Part shown: positions 57,601 through 64,000 of the stretch, piece after piece
How positions within the stretch are numbered: the first letter of the stretch is position 1
How the letters are laid out: each line of letters begins with the position of its first letter
The notes under the pieces: generated by a model
The model's database searches: none
What the model saw: only the letters and a program-made list of their open reading frames with translations
What the model was told of the DNA's origin: nothing
Made by a program: the position numbers and the translations under genes
NCBI RefSeq assembly: GCF_009914755.1
Contig: NC_060927.1
Direction: 5' to 3' (one strand)
Source: the human T2T-CHM13v2.0 reference genome, Homo sapiens
Length of the DNA stretch: 64,000 bases

Positions 57601-59210
57601 TTTTCCTTAGGAATCAGAGAAAAAAATGGCATCATCTTTAGACCAATTGGTGACTAAATATCCAAGAAAAATAGTTATCTATTCTTAAAGTATTCTCTGT
57701 TGGCCTAAACTGTTCCCATAATAGTGAAGATATTTTTTTCCTTCAGTCATATTTAACTTATTGCTATTTTAATTTTAGACCATTTTCTCCTTTTTCTCCT
57801 ATTGTGAATATTAACCATAGCTCATCAGCACTACCAAAACTCTTGAAAAATAAACACCTAAAAGAACATAGTAACGTTTCCTCCTAATATTTTATTTCCC
57901 TTTCGTCAGAAACCTCATTTTCTATTCCTTAGTCATTTAGTGATTACTTTTATTTTTCAGGAGCACTTACAAAACAGGCCCCTTCACTATTAAAGGAGAG
58001 AAAATCAGAAAGGAGAAAAGACATGGGAAGGGAGATACTAATTCCAAATACATCCATGCTTCAAATATTATTTGATCAAACTTCATAAAAACCATAATGA
58101 ACACAGGTGTAAGCCTTCCTCAGTGCTAAGCTGGCAAATGTTTAACAGGCTCTGTGAAAGATAAAAGCACTGAGTTTTAGTGTTTGCCGATTTCCAAGGT
58201 ATAATACTCCTACCGTGGTGATTTCAAGCAATCAATGTGATTTCAAATGGCTTGCAAAATTCCTGAAAATGTAGCAGTTGGCTTTCCCGAGCCGGTAGTT
58301 ATGGCTCCAGCATACCATTGGCTGGCAAATATTTGTATTCTGAACACACCAAACAATTTCTTAACTTTTACTTTCTCTATTGATATGAAGAAATTATTAC
58401 TTTTCAGGTATCAGTTTTATTTTACTGTTTCTAAACAGATAACCCGATTGACCTTTTTGGTTGAATTAACCAATAAATAGTTCCAACCAACAAAAATTTG
58501 CTATTTAGATAGGCTATTTTATTTTCAAGACAAAAATCAATTGTTTGGCTAAATGGATTCAAGATTCAAAAAACAGACAAAAGAAGGTATTGAGTTGCTT
58601 TATGTGTAAACACAGTCTCCTCAGTCTTTTACTCTAGAATTCATATAGCTGGGGTTTTGACTCAATCTAGAGAATCCTTTAACAACCTCTAAGCTGTTTT
58701 CCAACTTCCTCTACCACACCCAGCACGAATGAGGGCTGGTATTTCCTTAGTGACACACTTTTGTTAAAAAAAAAAAAAAAAAAAGAAGAAGAAGAAGAAG
58801 AAAAAGAAAAGACAGTTACCAGTTATCCAAGGTAGAAGTAAAAGAGTATGTGTAAAGCAAGGCAAAACAGCAAACAAGTTTTAAAAATTAGAAAAACAAT
58901 TAAAATCTGAAATATTACCAAACATAAAGAGCTAAGGTACAACAAGATACTTCCTCCTCTCTGAAACAATTGTAAATCAGATTTTTAAAGTTGCTGTAAA
59001 ATAAATTGTATTTAAATAATACATCTCCTATCCTTTCCCACAGTGAGATGCATTTCCCTTACCAATCTGGCTCTCAGCAGGCGGTCCAGCCCGATGAAGT
59101 ATCAGCAAAATGTCAGCTCCCACAGAGAAGTGCGACAGAGGCAACAGTGCAGCAGTGACAGGCCTTTCAAAAAGCTATTGTGCAAATTCAGTTTTAAAAT
59201 AGGGATGTAG
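42289..59210 (+). CDS. EGFEM1P: Putative residual spliced ORF, 195 aa: join(42289-42451,51159-51293,54769-54891,59044-59210)
   Basis: 163+135+123+167=588 nt, open, all junctions GT-AG; MDELRWYHITVCLD..FSFKIGM*; no signal peptide; translation unproven. Confidence 0.4.
42320..42451 (+). pseudogene. EGFEM1P: Exon 7 (132 nt): VCLDHIFGHNCSLSCKDCMNGGKCQEGKSECSCPAGCRVILCNE; alternative stronger acceptor gives a start at 42246
   Basis: attacag|..|gtaagt; T19-AG at 42225-42245; in-frame ATG at 42289. Confidence 0.93.
44382..44533 (+). mobile_element. FLAM (left Alu monomer)
   Basis: Left arm only, AAT/AAG tail, TSD core AAATCCCT. Confidence 0.85.
46083..46211 (+). pseudogene. EGFEM1P: Exon 8 (129 nt, decayed): YSPETSEKECGSIGNCQNGGICDLLTGHCQSPPGVHGKTCED
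   Basis: ttcatag acceptor; the expected donor reads GAAGGA, not GT; 3 of 8 Cys lost (TAT, GGT, AGC). Confidence 0.85.
47634..47762 (+). pseudogene. EGFEM1P: Exon 9 (129 nt): GCPKGFFGKNCKRKCNCANNGHCHRMYGAHMCEPGRHGRFCHL
   Basis: ccttccag|..|gtaact; close to remembered MEGF6 GCPKGYYGKHCRKKCNCAN..; one Cys is His. Confidence 0.95.
48383..48735 (-). mobile_element. MLT1A-like MaLR LTR
   Basis: TTAGTCCATCTGGGCTGCTACAACAGAATACCAT..TTTCAACATATGAATTTTGGG. Confidence 0.8.
49490..49904 (-). mobile_element. MLT1B/C-like MaLR LTR
   Basis: CCATAACAAAGTACCACAAACTG..GGCTTAAACAACAGAAAT..CTTCAACATATGAATTTT. Confidence 0.8.
50340..50730 (-). mobile_element. Old MLT1 (J/K-like) LTR remnant
   Basis: Degenerate MaLR motifs (TTTCCTAGAATGC-like, GGCCAAGATAAC). 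Confidence 0.4.
51159..51293 (+). pseudogene. EGFEM1P: Exon 10 (135 nt): CLEDAYGAGCTSECQCVEENTLECSAKNGSCTCKSGYQGNRCQK
   Basis: gcttatag|..|gtatgc; all 8 Cys intact. Confidence 0.95.
53445..53476. repeat. Poly(A) tract (~32 nt)
   Basis: Uninterrupted A run with no recognisable SINE body. Confidence 0.95.
53760..53945. mobile_element. MIR remnant
   Basis: TAGTGG..CTGGGTTCAA..AAGTCACTTAAC..GAGCCTCTGTTTCTCAT..TAAAATGG. Confidence 0.75.
54633..54663. repeat. (CA)n microsatellite about 100 nt upstream of exon 11
   Basis: About 15 CA units. Confidence 0.95.
54760..54891 (+). pseudogene. EGFEM1P: Exon 11 (132 nt ancestral; 123 nt from cryptic AG): VCPDGLWGPEGWFSSAPCENGGQCNKKTGNCDCTPDYTRKSCTI
   Basis: Long pyrimidine tract ends ..TTATG with no AG; next CAG at 54766-68 is 9 nt downstream, in frame; donor gtaagt; 2 Cys lost. 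Confidence 0.88.
54985..55515 (-). mobile_element. MLT1F/G-like MaLR LTR
   Basis: TGTGTAACAAACTACCCCAA..GTGGCTTAAAACAA..CACATTCTATTGGTTAAAGCAAGTCA. Confidence 0.75.
58120..58320. mobile_element. MER63A-like hAT MITE
   Basis: GCTGGCAAATGTTTAACA..TTTGCCGATTTCC..GGCTCCAGCATACCATTG, ~200 bp with TIR remnants. Confidence 0.65.
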
Positions 59211-59915
59211 TTGAGGACTGATGGGTATTTCATTACCAATGCGTTCATCTCCCCCATCGTCCAAGAGAATGAGAGGGGGTCATGGTGCAGCTGATATAAA
59301 GCCATTAAGTTGAGTAGCGGTTGATTTGGTCTGTAGAAGATTTGTCTTCCTATCTGTATTTTTGAAAAGTTAATATTCAAATTAGCTGTCATTTTTAGTA
59401 CATACCTGCTAAAGGGGGGCCAAGAATTGTTCTGTTTTCTACTTGATCACCTTCCAGTGTCTCAATTAGATCATTAAAAACAAAGTTAATCATGTCATTA
59501 CTTTATAAACCTCATTGAGCTACTGATACTGTTCATAATGAAGTTCGTAGCACTAAAGACCCATCATCAACCTGTCTCTAGCCAGCTTTTGACCATGCTT
59601 ACGTATACCCTACATATTTTAGTCATTCCCCCAACATCATGTACATTTAAAACATGGTGCCATTGTTCATTGCTCTTTCCTGTAATACATGTTTTCTTCT
59701 TCCATTTTTATTCCCTCAAGCATTTATTCCTCAAGCATTTTTATTTTCCAGTATATGTAAACAAAATACTAGAGCCCTTCTTTCCATAGCAGCACCAATC
59801 ATATTGTATTATAATTAGTTGCCTGCTATTAAGACTGCTTATCATTAATTTTTGTACACCCCACTTTTCAATATACAAGGGGTACTCAATAAAGATTTGC
59901 TAGATTCAATTAAAG
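59044..59915 (+). pseudogene. EGFEM1P: Probable terminal exon: LRCISLTNLALSRRSS..KFSFKIGM* followed by 3'UTR
   Basis: Good acceptor tcctttcccacag; phase-1 frame open to TAG 59208-10; AATAAA 59888-93; right boundary uncertain. Confidence 0.6.
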
Positions 59916-60296
59916 AACATTTTTGACAACTTAAAATTCCATCGAAATAATTTACTGAGTAAAAAAAAAAAAAACTTGCAAAACACAGCGTTTATGATAC
60001 TGAAAAATACCCAGTAACCAATACTCGTTAAACTGGATTGAATTACTCAGCCTTTTAATATAGCAAGAGGAAATCAAGAAAGCTGTAGCACCACAGCTTT
60101 ATTGGTCTGTACTCCATTTCTGAAAACACTTTTCATGAGAAGATTTTTCAATGGATTAGAAGACTAACATCAGACAATGATGATTCCTTAGCTTCATCTC
60201 AAGAGTCCAGATTATTTCCTTCTATACTCACTTTCAATGTATGCAATCATTCCTTTTAAATACAACAGAGTTACCTTAGAAAAGTAAACAAATGTA

Positions 60297-60629
<333 letters not shown>

Positions 60630-60709
60630 CTATATAATTATATAATATATAATTCAATGTATAGAGAATAACATTATGTAGTAAATATAGACATGCTGTA
60701 TAGTGATGT

Positions 60710-60890
60710 ATTACTCAAAGCTCATGTTGAGTATCTACTCTGTATTACACACTGTGTTTTGTGTTTTCCATCAGTATGCTCACTTAAACCTTAGAACAAC
60801 TATCTGAATTTGGTACTATTATCATCCCCATTTCATGAACGAGGAGGCTGTATATAGGAAGAATTAAGTAATTTGTCTGAAGTAATTAAT
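60710..60890. mobile_element. MIR remnant
   Basis: GGTACTATTATCATCCCCATTT..GAGGAGGCTG..TTAAGTAATTTG. Confidence 0.7.
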
Positions 60891-61367
60891 AATTGAGGAC
60901 TAGATAATCAGTAAAGTACATACCAATATTATATATCTATCAAATGAGACAGTGCTTTCTAATATTAATTTTGTAGCTGCCTGCTTATAAAATTGAGAGA
61001 AAATAAAGGAATTTAAGATTCCATAGAAAAAAACCTAAGCAGTCAAGAAATTTCCTTAAGGTTGTTTTATTTTTGGCCCCACCTTTGCAGATTGCAAAAA
61101 TCGTTGCTAACATAGCCGAAAACATTGTTGAAATGTCAAATGCTATTAATAGCCCATACTCAATTTAATGGTGGAGGGATGTTGTTTTTGTTTTGTTTGG
61201 TTTGTTTGTTTGTTTGGTCCTTATATAGCACATCCAACCTATTTCTACAGCCTAAGTTGCCTGGTACACCGCGTTTCCTGGTGGGACCTTGATATCAGCC
61301 AATGTCCCTACCTGTTCAACTGGACCAAGCCTGATGACAGATGCTGTATATCAGAAGTTAATTATAG

Positions 61368-61698
<331 letters not shown>

Positions 61699-62392
61699 CT
61701 AACCTAATGACCTAACAAATTTTCTCTACCTTCTGCAGATGCTGAGTTGTCTCAGTCTTTTTTCGTTTTTAGAGGGCTACCCAATCTTGACTGTGTTTAA
61801 AAGCCTCTTTGTGTGTTGGGGTAAATATAGCTGGCTAGCTGCCTACAGTAATCTGTGATTACTCTTCCTGCTTGCTTCCAGAGTCCTGAATTGAATATCT
61901 GGCAAAGCGCAAAATAAATTCTTATTTCTACAAGGCAAGTCATCCAGAAGTTGCCCTCCAATACACATACCTTTCATATAGACATAGACACAGACCCTTT
62001 GTTTGTGAGTTGGACTCACAGTCCACTGTGTTCTGCAATTTTTTATCTACTTATGATTCAATTGTATCTACTTATGATTTATATTTACTTGTTTGGCATC
62101 TATTCATTCTAGTACCATAATTTCTTAATATTCAAATATAAGGACCAGTCTGACATATAGAACTCTTTTCTCTCTAAGTGTTTCTTTTTTTAATGCCACT
62201 GTGTATAAATATCATTGTGTCTTTCGCAAGCAAACACCCTAAAAATGTCCATATGGTGTCAATATTCCTGAGAAGTTTTCAGAGTACATTGAAGGCGAGA
62301 AAGGTCTCAGGTCATAATAACCATTAAGTTTTAATTTTGTTACTATCTCTTGAGTCTTTTATGTACCTATTATTTGTTAAGTATATATGGGG

Positions 62393-62925
62393 GAGGGGTC
62401 CTCAACCCCTGGGCCACAGATTGGTACTTGTCTGTGGCCTGTTAGAAACAGGCCTACACAGCAGGAGGTGAATGTTGGGCAAGTGAGTGGAGCTTCGTCT
62501 GTATTTACAGCTACTCCCCATTGCTTACATTGCTGCCTGAGTGCCACCTCCTGTCAGATCAATAGTGGCATTAGATCCTCAAAGGAGCATGAATCCTATT
62601 GCAGAACTGCGCATGTGAGGGATCTAGGTTACATGCTCCTTATGAGAATCTAATGCCCAATGATCTATCACTGTCTCCCATCACTCCCAGATGGGACCAT
62701 CTAGTTGCAGGAAACAAGCTCAGGGCTCCCACTAATTCTACATTATGGTGAGTTGCATAATTATTTCATTATATATTACAATGTAATAATAATAGAAATA
62801 AAGTGCACAATAAATGTAATGTACTTATATCTTCCCAAAACCATCCACCCCACCCTGGCCCAGACCATGGAAAAATTATCTTCCATAAAACTGGTCCCTG
62901 GTACCAAAAAGGTTGGGGACCACCA
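62393..62925. mobile_element. MER1A hAT-Charlie DNA transposon
   Basis: AGGGGTCCTCAACC..GGTTGGGGACCAC TIRs, ~530 bp, GCAGGAAACAAGCTCAGGGCTCCCACT core. Confidence 0.88.
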
Positions 62926-63104
62926 CTATATGAAATACTAAAAAAGTTAAGACAACATCTTGCCCTCAAGGAATTCGTGCACAATTTAATGAAAGAAGTT
63001 GTGTAAATCACTTATTTTAATTATATTTTAAAAGATATTGAAATAATAGATGTTTGATAGCAGACTGTTATTAATCCTACCAGAGGGAACACCTAAGGGC
63101 TTTC

Positions 63105-63843
<739 letters not shown>

Positions 63844-64000
63844 CTTTCTTCAAGAGGCAGGATATTATCCAAACCCTAAAGGATGGGTAAAAATTACGAG
63901 AGTGGGCTGGTATAGAGTTCATCCCAGGTAGAGGTACTAGCATGAACAATGGGCTAATGGTGTGAAAAAATATGCACATATAAGATATAAATGGAGTGGT

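Noticed and set aside
57961-58088. Good acceptor (tatttttcag) followed by 41 open codons as another exon
   Set aside because: No EGF homology; joined to exon 11 it forms TGA at once; cannot be supported without RNA data
62044-62079. 15-bp direct repeat TATCTACTTATGATT (similar short repeats near 16707 and 59708)
   Set aside because: Ordinary slippage microduplications

Overview
Repeat-rich primate (very probably human) genomic DNA, not microbial; about half is transposon-derived. The one host gene is the 3' part of a spliced, + strand, MEGF6-like multi-EGF gene, best matching the unitary pseudogene EGFEM1P (recognised from memory, not searched). I read 11 phase-1 exons (22166-54891) plus a probable terminal exon from 59044. 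Exons 1-4 are in frame with canonical splice sites. Exon 5 has a 2-nt frameshift, exon 6 an in-frame TGA, exon 8 a dead donor and 3 lost Cys, and exon 11 a dead acceptor rescued by an in-frame cryptic AG. A 195-aa residual spliced ORF can be rebuilt from a strong-Kozak ATG at 42289. Other notable structure: an L1PA2 inserted into ORF0 of an older L1 5'UTR, a sense solo LTR12C, an antisense solo LTR7 split by an AluY, a twin-primed L1, and two non-retrotransposed local duplications with re-copied junction filler that suggest templated repair. Nearly all ORF-track entries are repeat-derived or spurious. I see no evidence of a wholly new biological system. Subfamily names come from remembered consensus sequences and need RepeatMasker/Dfam confirmation.
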